In this document: positions 14,168-26,680 of the stretch, piece by piece
Layout of the letters: each line of letters starts with the position of its first letter
Position numbering within the stretch: position 1 is the first letter of the stretch
Source of the DNA: Camelus dromedarius
Taxonomy: Eukaryota
DNA: 64,000 bases
Direction of reading: 5' to 3'
NCBI RefSeq assembly: GCF_036321535.1
Contig: NC_087437.1
Location: 117,306,001-117,370,000 of the forward strand
Program-made: the position numbers and the translations under genes
The notes under the pieces: generated by a model
What the model saw: the letters and a program-made list of their open reading frames with translations, nothing else
Databases searched by the model: none
Told to the model about the DNA's origin: nothing

Positions 14168-15349
14168 CTTTGGGTTTTAACTCTACATGCCATGGTTAAT
14201 CTTCATGTGATGTTAGCTAGCAATAAAACATTTCAATAAAATTTTACCTTTTTTTTTTTTAATACTTTTTGCTCTGGATCTCAGCCCATCCTACACTCAT
14301 TCATTCATTCACTGGCTCACTTGCTCACCTAGCACTTGCTGAAGGCCACTGTGGGCCAGGCCCCATTCTGATTGAGTCCACAGACAGCCCTGAGGTCTGA
14401 CACCATCACAGTGGCTTGCCCAAGGTTAGGAGCTGGTACACGGAAGGGCCTTGCCTTAGATTCCTGGCATAAGGCTCTCTCATTTTATTGTACATATTTC
14501 TATTTAACTTCCTTTCTTTACTTGACAAATCTTTATCTAAATGGTTACTTGTTCCATATTTCCTGTACTTTATCAAAGGAGTTTTGCCTTTCTGTAACTC
14601 TTTTTTTGCTGGAGGCAATCTGGTCTGCTGTGAAGTCAGTCCAGGGACGAGGCAGATGGGGTCCCTGACAGTGTGGGGGACAGAAAGCTCAGGGTGGCTT
14701 CTAGCCCTGCCAGGGACACAGCTTAGGGTTGTCTCCAAGGACAGGGGCTCGAGTCCGAGCTGGAAGGATAAGTAGGCTTGGCCGCTGGGCAGCCTGGGTC
14801 TGTGTCTGAGAGAAGTGATTGGCTGAACACACTTGAAGCAGAATAGAGCTTCTGGCCCTCAGACCTGAGGGCCGTCCAGGGGGAGATGAGATTTGAGGGA
14901 AAATGGGTTCCAGAGGCTTTGCCAGCTCAGTCTGAGTTTATGCCTGGGGTCTCAGTGTCCTGCCCAATGAGCATTTGTGCTCTCTGTAAAGCAGCAGAAT
15001 CTGAAAGATGACAGGTCAGTCTTCCTGACCTTTCTTGCCAATAAACGCAACCAGGCAGCTGGGCTGAGGGGCTGGGACTCACCTCCTGGGAGGTGCTGGC
15101 CGAGCTGTTGGCTGCTGCTGTCCCTGCTGGCCACTTCATGTACTAGCCAGTTGGCCAAGGTCCAGGCCAAGACCCGTGAACAGATGAACGGGACCCCTGC
15201 GCAAAAGCTGGAGAGACTCCGGGAATGTGGGATGTTTGTAAGTCAGATCCGAATGAGGGTGACAGTTTCTCTTGTCTACAGTTTTTATGAGAGTTAAATG
15301 GGAAAATGTACAAATTAGAGAATAAATAAATACCTAAACAAATAAACCA

Positions 15350-16750
15350 CCAAGCTAAACCATCACAAACAGAGTTTATTATTTGCAGGTGGGAAAAGTG
15401 AGGGTTTTTTAGCTGCCAGAAAGGAGGCGTTCAGGTGGTTGGGGTGATTAGGCACTGAGAGCTGCCCTCTAGGTAGAGTGGGTCAAAAGAAGACCCATTG
15501 TTCATGGGGTAGGAAATAACAGTCAGTTTTGATAACTCCTAGACAAGCGAGGCTGTAAGTAGGTTGGATTCTTTATAATTTCCCCTCTTGGGCCCACTTC
15601 CTGAGTCGATGGGGTGACCACATAAAAGGAAGGCAAATGGTCACACTTTCAAATCTCCACTGTCATCTTGGTTTTGGTCTGTCATAGATTTAGGATGGTC
15701 AGAAAAGTTGGAAATAGAAACTTCATAACTAAACAATAGTGAACAAGTTAGATGTAAGTCTTATCTATTTGGAGTTATAATAATAATATCAGAATGAAAG
15801 AAAATTGTTTTCTTTAAGGCATAATGTATATAAATTTATAAGAATATTGTCAATAATTACCTTAAAGTAGGAACATTATTATAGACAGCAAGGGTATTGA
15901 CAGATTCCCAGCTCTTTATCTTAAAATATAAAATGTGTTATAATTGTCCTTAACTGAAAGGTACTTAAATGTAGAAACAAAATCTTTCTTAAAAAAAAAA
16001 AAAAGCAGTGGGTAGGCGGTTAACATGTCAGCTTTTCTACATGAACATGACTCCTCAGCCTGAAAATTATGTAATCACTGACATAGCTTAATTAGCAACA
16101 AATTAATCCTATAAAATTAAGCTCAGGAAAATTAAATTTCTCTTTTAATTCGTTAGGTTTTTCTTATACACCAGGTTTGATAAACGAAAGAGCTCTCATG
16201 ATAGTTTTGAATTAATTAAAGTCTGGAGAACACCAAACAAACTCAATTATTTTTGTTATTTCTTGTTTTATAAAGTGAAGGAGCCAATATTTATGTTTAC
16301 TTAGAGGCTGTCCAGAAAACCCCAAAGATATTTTAGGTGTCAGAGACATCTTAACAGCTTCACGATTCTAAAATTGGTCTGAATTTGGGAGAATAATATT
16401 AAAATGACATGTTAGAAGAGATTGGTCACAGAACAAGAAACAGTCGTTGTCTTGGCATCCTCAGGAAGAGTGAAAAGACAGCATTTAAAATGAATACGAC
16501 GGAAGCTAACATGACAGTAATTAAGAAGTAATATTAATATTAACCCTTACTAAGGGAGAATCTGTACTGCTTCATCTAAAATGGCCTGACACCACCTTCT
16601 GGGGCTGGACCATGGGGTAAGCTTTTCTCCACCGCAGATTGCAGCGGTGAACTCCTGACAAAAGGCAAAGCAGTTACCTAACGCCTCTGGAAAGTGAAAC
16701 TAGCCAGCGGGTTCAGCAGAGGGGTCAAAGCTTGAAGAAGTGACCCACAT
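15350..16750 (-). mobile_element. Decayed ERV 3' LTR (~15350-15577) plus internal sequence
   Basis: LTR-like segment has a second copy at ~20890-21180; a minus-strand polypurine tract (tttcccctctt, 15579-15589) abuts the LTR start. Confidence 0.55.
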
Positions 16751-16814
16751 GGGGTGAATTTTCTGTTCTGTTTAGTTTTTTTAGTTTGTGTGTGTGCTGG
16801 GGGGGAGTAATGGG

Positions 16815-16919
16815 GTTTATTTATTTACATTTTTTTAGAGGAGGGACTGGGGGGTGAGCCCAGGACCTCGCACGTGCTAACTAAGCATGTGCTCTACCAC
16901 TTTGCATTATACCGTCCCC
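16815..16919 (-). mobile_element. Vic-1-like tRNA-derived SINE
   Basis: Reverse complement reads ggggacggtata...gtggtagagcacatgcttag...gaggtcctgggctcaccccccagtccctcc plus an A-rich tail. Confidence 0.75.
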
Positions 16920-17530
16920 ACTGTTTTTTTGTTTTTCTTTTATCTTTTCACCATTCAGCTCTGGCCTGTGGGTTGTCCTAGGTGTGGAACCGTGCACTGA
17001 GTGTCGGCAGCAAAAACTTGAAGAAAAGCCCCCCCCCCTTTTTTTTCCTGGCCAGAGTGCTGGGAAAAGAGGCCTCTGTAAACCTGACAGTGTGGTTGCA
17101 GGGACCTCCCCATATGGTTTCCCCTTTGACCATGTCCCACGTGGTGGTCCTAGTGTAGAGCTGTCTGAAGGTAACGCTGGTAGCTAACACTGTGGAAGAA
17201 ACCCCATCTTCCTGGCAGACAGGAAAAGTTGGAGAAAGGGGCTCCTGTGTTCCAGAAAGTTATTTTTTCTCTCTCCTTTCTCTCACTGCTTTGCCCTAAT
17301 AGAACTCCAGTTGCATAGAACTGCATGACAGCAATGCAGGCATCTAAAACTCTTATAGAAATGTATTTTTTTTTTTGAACAAAAAAACCAGGAAAGGGTT
17401 CACTGGAAGCTGGAGAATGTAGAGATAATTCTGACTTTGAAAACTGAACCAACATTGAGACCATTGCCATAGGTTGTGAGACAAAACTTGTAGTCTGAAA
17501 TTAACCAGGCTGATTGACTGCTAAAATGAT

Positions 17531-17542
17531 AGCAGCAGCAGC

Positions 17543-17577
<35 letters not shown>

Positions 17578-17578
17578 C
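17531..17578 (+). repeat. Compound (AGC)n(AAC)n microsatellite
   Basis: agcagcagcagc followed by about 12 aac units. Confidence 0.95.
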
Positions 17579-18288
17579 GTCAATCTTCTCCAGAAGATTT
17601 TAACATAACCCAGAGTCTCCACATAATATTCAAACTGTCTGGGAAGTAATGCATGTTTACTTAACATATAAAGAACCAGGAAAATGTGACCAATTCTCAA
17701 GGGAAAACGCAATCAACAGATGCCAGCCCCATGATGACCCAAATGTTGGAATTACTGGCAAAGATGTGAAAGCAGCTGTTGTAATCATACTCCATGAAGT
17801 AAAGGTAAACAATCTTGAAATGAATGAGAAGTTAGAAATTCTCGTCAGAGAAATAGAAAGTATAAAAAGTAATCTGAAAAGTTCAGAACTGAAAAATGTG
17901 ACTATCTGAAATTAAAAAAAAATTACTGATGAACTCAATAAAGATGACATAAAAAAAGAGTGAGGGAACTTGAAGAAGGATATAAATAGTGGCCAAAAAC
18001 TCATCAAATTTGGTAAGACATAACTGAATAGACTCAAAACACTCAGCAAACTTCAAATAGGATAAAATGAACAAAAAACATATCCAGACATGGAATAACA
18101 AAATTGCTAAGAACCAAAGAAAAAGAAAAAAAAATTTAAAGCAGCCACAGAACAATGAAAATTTACATATAGGGGAGTAACTGTTCAAATGACTTTAGAT
18201 TTCTTATTTGAAACCTTGGAGGCCAGAAGACAGTGGAATAACATCTTTAACGTGTTGAAAGAAAAGAACTGTCAACTCAGACCTTCCC

Positions 18289-18363
18289 CCCATCCAAGTA
18301 CTACCCAGGCCCAACCCTGCTTAGCTCTGGAGATCAGATGAGCTCAGGCACATTCAGGGTGGT
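18289..18363 (-). pseudogene. 5S rRNA pseudogene fragment (about nt 13-87 of 5S)
   Basis: cccatccaagtactacccaggcccaaccctgcttagc...gagatcagatgagctcaggcacattcagggtggt is the reverse complement of mammalian 5S rRNA; by hand about 10 mismatches in 75 nt, half at CpG sites. Confidence 0.9.
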
Positions 18364-20639
18364 TAGATTCCTACACCCAGTGAAAACATTCTTCAAGATT
18401 GATGGCAAACAGAAGATATTCTCAAATGACTGGAAACTGAGAGAGTTTGTCATCATCAGACCTGCTCTAGAAGAATTGCTAAAGGAAGTTCTTCAGGCCA
18501 AGGGAAAATGATACCAGAGGGATACTTAGAACAGGAGCAAAGGAAGGGTAGTAAAAAAGGTAAATATCTGGGTAAATGCAGTAGACTTTTCTTCTCTTCT
18601 TAGGTATTTAAAAATATGCATTGCTATTGAAATACAAGGTAATAAGATTGATTATACTGAGTAAGATTGAAGAGATAATCCATATGACAACTACAAAATA
18701 AAGTAAGTTTATAATATAGACCATTTATAACTGTACGGTTATAAATAATATACATTTTACTTAAAGCAGTAAAATATTAACTCTAGGTAGACTGTGAAAT
18801 CTTTATATACATATATATATAAATTTATATTATAATACCTAGAGAAATCACTAAAACATACTATGCATATAAAATATAGCCCAAAAGCCTACAGATAAGT
18901 AAAATGGAAATGAAAAACCACTGGAATAATCCAAGAGAAGACTGAAAGGAGGAAAACTGGATCAATAAACAAAAGGATAAAAATAGTCAATAAAATGGCA
19001 CTTAGCCATATTAATAATTATGTGAGATGTAAATGATCTAAAAAATCAATTAAAAGTCAGAGATTGTCAGATTGGCTAATAAAACAAAACCTAACTGTAT
19101 GATGACTGCAAGAAACCAATTGTTAAATATAATGACATAGTTAGGTTAAAGAGATGTAAAAGATATATCATGAAAATCCGAATCAATAGAAATGCAGAGT
19201 GGCTTTATTAATATCACACAAAGTAGACTGCAGAGCAAAGAAACTTACTGACATTTTGCATTGATAATGGCCAATCACCAAGAAGAATAACAATCCCAAT
19301 ACGTATACAGTTAAACTTGAAAATACATGAAGCAAAACTGGACAGAATTAAAAGTAGAAGTAGTTAAATCCATACACTTGGGCACTTCAACACTCCTTTC
19401 TCAGCAGTTGAGAGAACAAATGACTCAGCAAGGACACAGAGGTTCTGAATAGCACTATGAACCAATTTGACATAAGTGACATTTATAGAACACTCCACGC
19501 ACATATACATTGATTGCAAATGCACACAGAACACTGACCACGATAGACCATATTTTGGGTCACAGAACAAACATGAGCACGTTTAAAAGAATTAAAACCA
19601 TTGGAAGTGTATTCTCTAATCATAATCGAATTATACTAGAAATCAATAGCAGAAAGTTACCTAGAAAACCCCCAAATACTTGGGAATTGCAAGTAATTAC
19701 TTGAAGTTACTGACGTGACAAGGGAAATTAGAGTGTATTTTGAACTGAGTGAAAAGGAAAATATGGCTCATCAAAATTGGTGGAATTCAGCCAAAGCTCT
19801 GCAGAGAAGGGATTTTTCTGGAATGAAATAGTCTAGTACTAAATGCTTTTGATAGGAAGAAAGAGCTCTTATATCAACATTTTAAGCTTCCACCTTAAAA
19901 AACTAAACAAAGCTAAAAGTACATATAAAGGAAAAATAGATTATTCTAAAATTTATATAAAAAGGCAAAAGAACTAGAATAGCTATGACAATTCTGAAAA
20001 AGAATAAAATGGGAAGAGACAGTCTACTTGATTTCAAGATTTATTATATAGCCACAGTAATCAAAACAGTGTGGTACTGGCAGAGGGATGGACCCACAGA
20101 TCAATAAAACAGAAGAGAAATCTAGAAATAGACCTGCATAAGTAGGCTCAACTGGTTTTTGACAAAAGTGGAGCATTCAGTGAGGAAAGGCAGACTTTTC
20201 AGGAAACGGTTCTGGAACAATTGGACATTCATAGGAAATTAAGCATAAATTAAGCACAAAAGTAAGCCTTGACATAAGTCTCACACTTTGTACAAAAATT
20301 AAGTCCAAATGGATCCTGAATGTAAATGTAAAACTACAAAAAATTTAAGAAAGAAATACAGAAGAAAAGCTTTGGGATCTAGGACTAGGCAAAGGGTTCT
20401 TAGACTTTGCATCAAAAGCAGAATCCATAAAAGGAAAGGCTGACAGACTGGACTTCACTGAAATGCAAAACTTTTGCTCCTTGAAAGACCCCATTAAGAG
20501 GATAAAACTACAGACAGAGAGAAAATATTTTCAAACCACACATCTGACAAAGGACTAATGTATATAAAGTAAAAATACTAGCAAATTATACACATATACA
20601 TAGATGTACACATGTATAAAGAACTCTCAAAACTCAACT

Positions 20640-20879
20640 GTAATGTGAATGTCTTTAGACGTGATTAACATTTAAATCAGAAGGCTGTGAGTAAAGCAGA
20701 TTTCCCTCAATACGTGGGTGGGCTTCGTCTAATCAGTTAGTGGACTGCCAGCCTACCTTGCAGATTTTGGATTTCCAGCCTTCACAATTGCATGAACCAA
20801 TTCCTTAAAATCTCTGTCTCTTTCTTTTTCTGTTCACATCCTACTGGTCCTGTTTCTCTAGAAAACCCTGGCCAATACA
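20640..20879 (+). mobile_element. ERV-L LTR fragment (MLT2 family), 5'-truncated and internally deleted
   Basis: gtgattaacatttaaatcag...gagtaaagcagatt...gtgggtgggc and the terminal ctgtttctctagaaaaccctggccaataca. Confidence 0.85.
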
Positions 20880-20889
20880 AGTAGCTGCT

Positions 20890-21180
20890 TGAGGGGAAAA
20901 TTCAGGGAGTTTTAAATTCCAGAAAGGGGAAGTTCATGAAAATCACGCTAATGAAGCACTGAATCTTGTCTTCTGGATAGGATGAGATGTTAGGTCTGTA
21001 CACAGTTGGTCAAAAGAAGTCCCATTGTTCCTTGTTCAGGGAAGTGTCTTCAATTAAGTCCAGTGGGTTCTGACCCCCAGGTCCCTTCAGCTGGTCGAAG
21101 CCACTTGAGATGAAACATAACGTCTATTTTGATAAGTACTTGACAAGTGCTGCTGTGAAGTGGGGAGATTTTCTTTCTGT
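20890..21180 (-). mobile_element. Second copy (putative 5' LTR) of the LTR-like segment at 15350-15577
   Basis: Collinear shared blocks including ggtcaaaagaag(a/t)cccattgttc at 15481 and 21008, and ttttgataa...gacaag. Confidence 0.55.
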
Positions 21181-21454
21181 ATGTTTGAAGCCCAGTGTCC
21201 AGCACACATTAGTTCTCAATAAAAGTTACGTTCAACTTTTCCCTTAAGATTCAAGCCATAAAATTGCCACATCAGGAAAAGAAGACTAGATCAAAAGGAA
21301 GGTAAGAAATAAACATGAAAGAAATTGAATAGGACCTTCCACTCTTTCCTCTTGATATGCTGATGTTAACCTTGGTCAGAAACCCTCGGAGTAGGAAGAG
21401 TTCAGATGACCTTTGGGCTTCATACTGTCGGAACCCTCAGCTCAGAAACCTGCG

Positions 21455-21839
21455 TGTTATGGTCTGAATTATGCCCCCTGCCCATTCTTATGTTGAAGCC
21501 CTACCCCGCAATGTGACTGTATTTGGGCCCACCAGGAGGTAATAAAGGTTAAATGAGTCCATAAGGGTGGGGCCCTAATCTAATGGGATTGACGTCCTTA
21601 TCAGGAGAGGAAGAGAAACCAGAGAGCGCTCTCTCCAAGCATCCACGAGAAAAGGCCACGTGAGGACTTAGCAAGAAGGTGGCCTGGCTACAAGCTAGGA
21701 AGAGAGGCCTCTCCAGGAACTGACCCTGCTGGCACCTTGATCATGGACTTCTAACCTCCAGTTCCATCAGAAAATGAAGACCTGTTGTTAAGCCACCATT
21801 CTGTGGTACTCTGTATGGCAGCCCTAGCAGATGAGTATA
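21455..21839 (+). mobile_element. MaLR solo LTR (MLT1A-like)
   Basis: tgttatggtctgaatt ... gctggcaccttgatcatggactt ... tatggcagccctagcaga; TSD ctgcg/ctgag. Confidence 0.85.
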
Positions 21840-22057
21840 CTGAGATGACTTCCCCTTTGGACCAAGATCAGGGGAGCTAGACCTCTCCGGCCGGCCCACT
21901 AGTTAGGCTCCCGTGCACACAAGGCCAAAGATACATCTAATCCATCCTTCCACCATGTTTTACTTGAAAAATTCAAAGGTCCACCACTCCCTTGATTTAA
22001 GTCTTTCAGTGCTTTCTCAAAGGCTGCAAGATCACATGTTAAAAAAAGTTTCCTTAG

Positions 22058-22491
22058 TAAAAGATGTCATTTGCAGCAACATGGATGGCCCTGGAGATCG
22101 TCATACTAAGTGAAGTCAGCCAGAAAGAGAAAGAAAAATACCATATGATATAACTTATGTGTGGAATCTTAAAAAAACAAAAAGACACAAATGAACTTAT
22201 TTACAAAACAGAAACAGACTCACAGACATAGAAAACAAACTTACAGTTACCAGGGGAAGCGGGTGGGAAGGGATAAATTGGGAGTTCGAGATTTGCAGAC
22301 ACTACTATATCTAAAACAAATGAACAAGTGTCTTCTGTACAGCACAGGGAACTATATTCAACACCTGGTAGGAACCTATAAGGAAAAGGCATATGAGAAG
22401 GAATATATGTCTGTACATGCATGACTGAAACATGAAGCTGTGCACCAGAAACTGACACCACATTGTAAACTGTCTATACTTCAATAATAAT
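22058..22491 (+). mobile_element. 5'-truncated camelid-type L1 3' end
   Basis: catttgcagcaacatggatg ... tatacttcaataataa; near-identical TSD aaaaa(g/a)tttccttag on both sides, at a TT|AAAA endonuclease site. Confidence 0.9.
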
Positions 22492-22603
22492 AAAAAATTT
22501 CCTTAGAAATCCTTTCAAAGGCCTCCACATGGTACCAGGTGCAGACCTTGGCCTGCACCCCTTCCACTCCATATACTCAGTCCCCCTGTGGGCGGATGCT
22601 GGG

Positions 22604-23190
22604 TGTGGTCAGCAGAGTCATGGTCCCCAGAGATGCCCACGCCCTCATCCCCCACACCAGTCGATACGCCACCTTTCATGGCAAGAGGGGCTTTGCAGGT
22701 ACAATTCAGTCCACAGACCTTACGGTAGGGAGATTATTCTGGATCCTCAGGGTGGGAGCAGTCTAATCACACGGGCCCTTAAACGTGAAGGAGGAGGCAG
22801 AAAGGCCAGAGGGATGCTGAGAGAAGAGGCAGGAGAGGCTCAGAGAGGGACGGAGGCTTGACTGACTGATGCTGGCTGTGAAGACGAGGTGGGCCGCGAG
22901 CCGGGGCGGGAGGCAGCCTTCAGAAGCTGGGAACGTCCCTGGCCCCCAGCCAGCAAGCAAACAAGGCCTTCATTCCTATCACTCGATTCTGCCCACAGCC
23001 TGAGTGAGCCTGAGACTGGATTCTCCCCTAGAGCTCAGTCATGGCCACACCTTGATTTTTGCCTTGAGAGACTCCAACCAGCAGAGCCCACTGGACTTCT
23101 CCCCTCCAGAGCTGCAGGGAAAGAAATCTGTGTTATTCGAAACCACTAGGTTTGTGGGGGTTTGTTTCAGCCGCAGTAGAAAACCGCACC
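22604..23190 (+). mobile_element. MaLR solo LTR (MLT1D/E-like)
   Basis: tgtggtcagcaga...atggcaagaggggctttgcag...gggagattattctggat...ccactaggtttgtgg. Confidence 0.8.
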
Positions 23191-23960
23191 CTGTACATTT
23201 GGGTATCTGTGGGCCTTTGCTCTTGTTACATGACTGCCAGGAACACCTTTGATGTTTCTCCACTTCCTGTGACGTTCCACCTGCCCTGCAAGGTCCCCTG
23301 AGCAGCCCTTCCCTCGTCCCAGGGCCGGGCAGAATCAGTCACGCCCTGCTTTTTATGTCAGAAGTCCTCCTAGGTCTGCACGCGATCACTCATTTGCACA
23401 ATGGCCGCTCCTTGCCCTCTCTGACCTTCAGTGGCTGGTGTCCTTACCCCCAGCCTAGTGCCTGACAATCTGTCAATCAAGTATTTATCGAGGGACTGTG
23501 TTGTGCAGGGCAGATGCATCTTGGGGGGTGGGGGGGGCGTGACACAGTGACCCTGGAATCAGACCTGAGTCCCGTCCCCGTGGACCTTACAGGCTACACA
23601 AGGCCAGTGCCCAGAAACATTTGCTGAGTTAATGGGAGCAGTATGTTCCAGGTCAGCAGGAAGCAGGCTGGCCAGGTGTGCCTGTCGGGCAGCCTTCCCC
23701 CGGGCGGCGCAGCGTCTGCGGGCTGTGGGACCGGGTGCTGACTGGCGGGCTTTGTAGAAGCTGCCCACCACGATTTGCCTGGCGCGTAGTGATCGGCGCG
23801 CTGCTTTCTTTCTTTTTTTGTTAAACTTCCTTTTTCATATGATGGCTGAAATGAGAATATTTAGTTTCCAAACGGCTTTTCCACATTAACCTTACCATTG
23901 AATTTTCACAGGGTTATACACATACAGCTGAGAAATCTGATCCTTGAGGAGAATTTCTGA

Positions 23961-24307
23961 ATAGACCTGAAGGGTATTGTGCTACGGGAAATAAGTCAGA
24001 GAAAGACAGATATGGCATGTTATTACTTGTATGTGGAATCTAAAAAATAAAACAAACAAATGAACATAACAAAACAGAAACAGACTCACCAATGCAGAGA
24101 ACACGCTAGGCTGCTTCCATGTCTTGGCTATTGTACATAGTGCTGCTGTGAACACGGGAGTGCATGTGTCTTTTCGAACTAGAGTTTGTCTTTTCCAGAT
24201 ATATGGCCAGAAGTGGGATTGCTGGATCATACGGTGAGTCTGTTTTTAGTTTTTTAAGGAATCTCCATAATGTTCCCCATAGTGGCTGTGCCAAATTACA
24301 TTCCCAG
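23961..24307. mobile_element. Two adjoining L1 3'-region fragments in opposite orientation
   Basis: 23961-24103 is sense (gaaataagtcagag...aacagaaacagactcac); 24104-24307 is an antisense ORF2 end (WRFLKKLK...PYDPAIPLL). Confidence 0.8.
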
Positions 24308-26189
24308 TTGTCTTTACTTCTTCACTTGCGTTTGTTTTTGTTATTTTAATGGGCAACGGGAAGTTCTGACTTGAGTCCCGAGAAGTTCTGCCTCAGACAT
24401 GGAGTCTGGCGGCCTTGCTGGGCACACGGCCTCTCCATCCCAGAAGCTCTGCTCCTTTCTGTTCGCGGTGAAGCCGGGGGAAGGGTTGAACACGCCATAT
24501 CCAAGATAACAGCTTCTGACAACGTGGGAGCGTAGCTGGGAAAGTGTTTCCCTTCAGAGAGCAGCAAGCCAGCCCCACAGACAGTTCAGGAGGGTGAGGC
24601 CAGGGCCTCTCGTCTTTGTAGGGGTACACAGTTAGCCCTAGAGGGGCCGTGCCTCTCCTCAGCCATTGGTAACCTCCCAGGAGGAAAGATGTGGAAATCT
24701 GTACCCGAGGAAGGGCGTTCTGAGGTTATATTACATGGCTCTGTTTGTGGGAGCTGAGGGGGATTGCAGAGGATGCTCAACAAAGCCACGCTTGGCTCCA
24801 ATGCTTTCAGGCCCTCTTGAGGCAGCTCCGGTGCAAAGACGGTGAGAACGTGGTTCCGCCCTTGCTTGTTCGGAGGAGCCCCATGGGGAGGAACCAGGCT
24901 GTGTAAGTAATTGAACAGCAACTTCTCTCACCGATGGGGAGCTCTGACCAATTTCAGAACGGCAATTATCATCACTAAAAACACAGAGGCAGTGAAATTT
25001 ATAGTGCTCCCTTTAGAGACTGGATCATTTAGGCGTTAAGCACTGATGCCATTTTCTGACACTATAAATGAGATTAATGATGTATCCTTTTTATGATCTT
25101 TTTTCTAAGATCAAAACCTTTGATGTGTCCCTGTTTTAAGACCGGCTGAATTACTTTAACCTCTCTGTCCACCACAGACGCCCACGTCCACTGTGAACTC
25201 TACCCTTCTTTTGTTTAAGTAAATAAAACTGATTATTCAGTTTTTGAGGTTTTCTAACTTATTAACTCCAGTGGTTCGATTCATTCCAGAATTTTATTCA
25301 CTAACAGCATGACACTGCACTTTCTTGCTTGAGGAAGTTCTTTCATTGTTGGCAATGATTCTATCACCAGGAATACATGAAAATATCTTATTTATAGTTT
25401 TATAGGTGGAACTTGGTTAACCTAAGGCGTCCTGATTTGTTTGTCTGTGGCTTCCCATAAGGTACACAGCTAAAATAAAAAGGTACACAATTTTACTGCT
25501 TTTGAGCAGATAAATAAAAACTGATAGTTCACAGGGTCAAATAACTGCACTATGACCAAGGCTTGAAGTACGTGGCAACATGAACAAAAGCATCATTCCT
25601 CAAATATTGACCATGATGAAGCAAGACATCCCTCCCAGGCCCCTGTCACTGGCATTCCCTCCCCTCCTGCTGTCCCAGCCAGCAGCCCCTGGCACTGCAG
25701 GGGCTTCACCAAGGCCAAGGCTGCCGTCTCTGGTGCAGCTCGGCACGGCCCAAGCCATCGCTTCCCACTGAAATGTACCTGCCTTGAGTCTCAACACACA
25801 CCCTAATGTGCCACTCCTTCTGCAAATAACACTCTATTTTTCAACATAGCTCTTCCACATTTTAGCCTAAATGACTGACAGCTGGCTGTGTCCAGTGATG
25901 AAGGTGAGAAACCCAGAACACAAAGAAACGTTGCTGCCTCTTCCTCCTCTTCCGTCTGCATGATGCAGCAGCTGGGCTTCTGGGGGGTCACAGCAAGGCA
26001 GGCAGCCATTTCCACGTGACAACACCATGCGTGGTTTGGGGGCATGAAAACAAAGGACATGAGGTCTCTGTTCCCAAGTGATGAAGTGACGAACGTGTGA
26101 GCCAGCAGCCAGCAGCCCCAGCAGGGCAATGTGGGGAGTGCTGCCGCACAGGCAGCGACCGATGTGGCAGGAGGCTGAAATCACTAACT

Positions 26190-26680
26190 CTGAGCTGGGG
26201 AGAGAAGGGGGGCATTTGATGTGGGTTCTGATGGCTGAATAGGAGTTTTCTAGGGACCTAAGGAAGGAAAGACTGGGCATGAGAGCAATAAATAATGCCA
26301 GAGTGTTATGTCATCAACATGGTTGGGAAGAGGGGCTGGGCAGGGCCTGGTTGGTACTGAGGCTGAGTGAGCAACTGAGGCCAAATCATGGTCTGTCAGT
26401 GTGGGCATGCATCTGGTTAGAAGCAACCACGGTTTTCAAGCAAGGGCCTGATTTAATTAGGTCAGCTTCTTCTAACAGTGGAGCTCAGGGGGAGGCCAAT
26501 CATGGGTCACTTGCAAAGCACCAGCTACAGATGGTGAGGCCTGGACTGGGGTGGAATCAAAACATATGTTTAGAGAGAACTGACTGGATTTTGTGAGCGA
26601 GAGAGAGGAGGGACCCCAGGCTTCCGACCCGAGTGTCAGGATGGACGATAACATTGTCGGTCCAGGAAGGGGGTCGTAGG
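26190..26680 (-). mobile_element. L2 LINE fragment
   Basis: Diverged L2 motifs (gaataggagtttt, ggttttcaagcaggg-like, gatggtgaggcctggact). Confidence 0.5.

Larger units (their letters stand above)
16990..20640 (+). mobile_element. Old L1 with 5'UTR, ORF1 remnant, ORF2 endonuclease remnant and post-RT ORF2 segment
   Basis: ORF1-like coiled-coil peptide (17649..17909), endonuclease C-terminal motif TIDHILGH...FSNHNRIILEIN (19510..19704), later gtaatcaaaacagtgtggtactggc. Many stops and frameshifts. Confidence 0.85.

Noticed and set aside
18289..18363. Functional 5S rRNA gene
   Set aside because: Truncated at both ends, CpG-decayed and lacking a terminator.
20640..20879. MLT2 fragment as the orthologue of the human colon LTR promoter
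   Set aside because: It is 5'-truncated, lies about 13 kb upstream of the CpG island beside an L1, and has only a poor HNF1 match; orthology is unsupported without an alignment.
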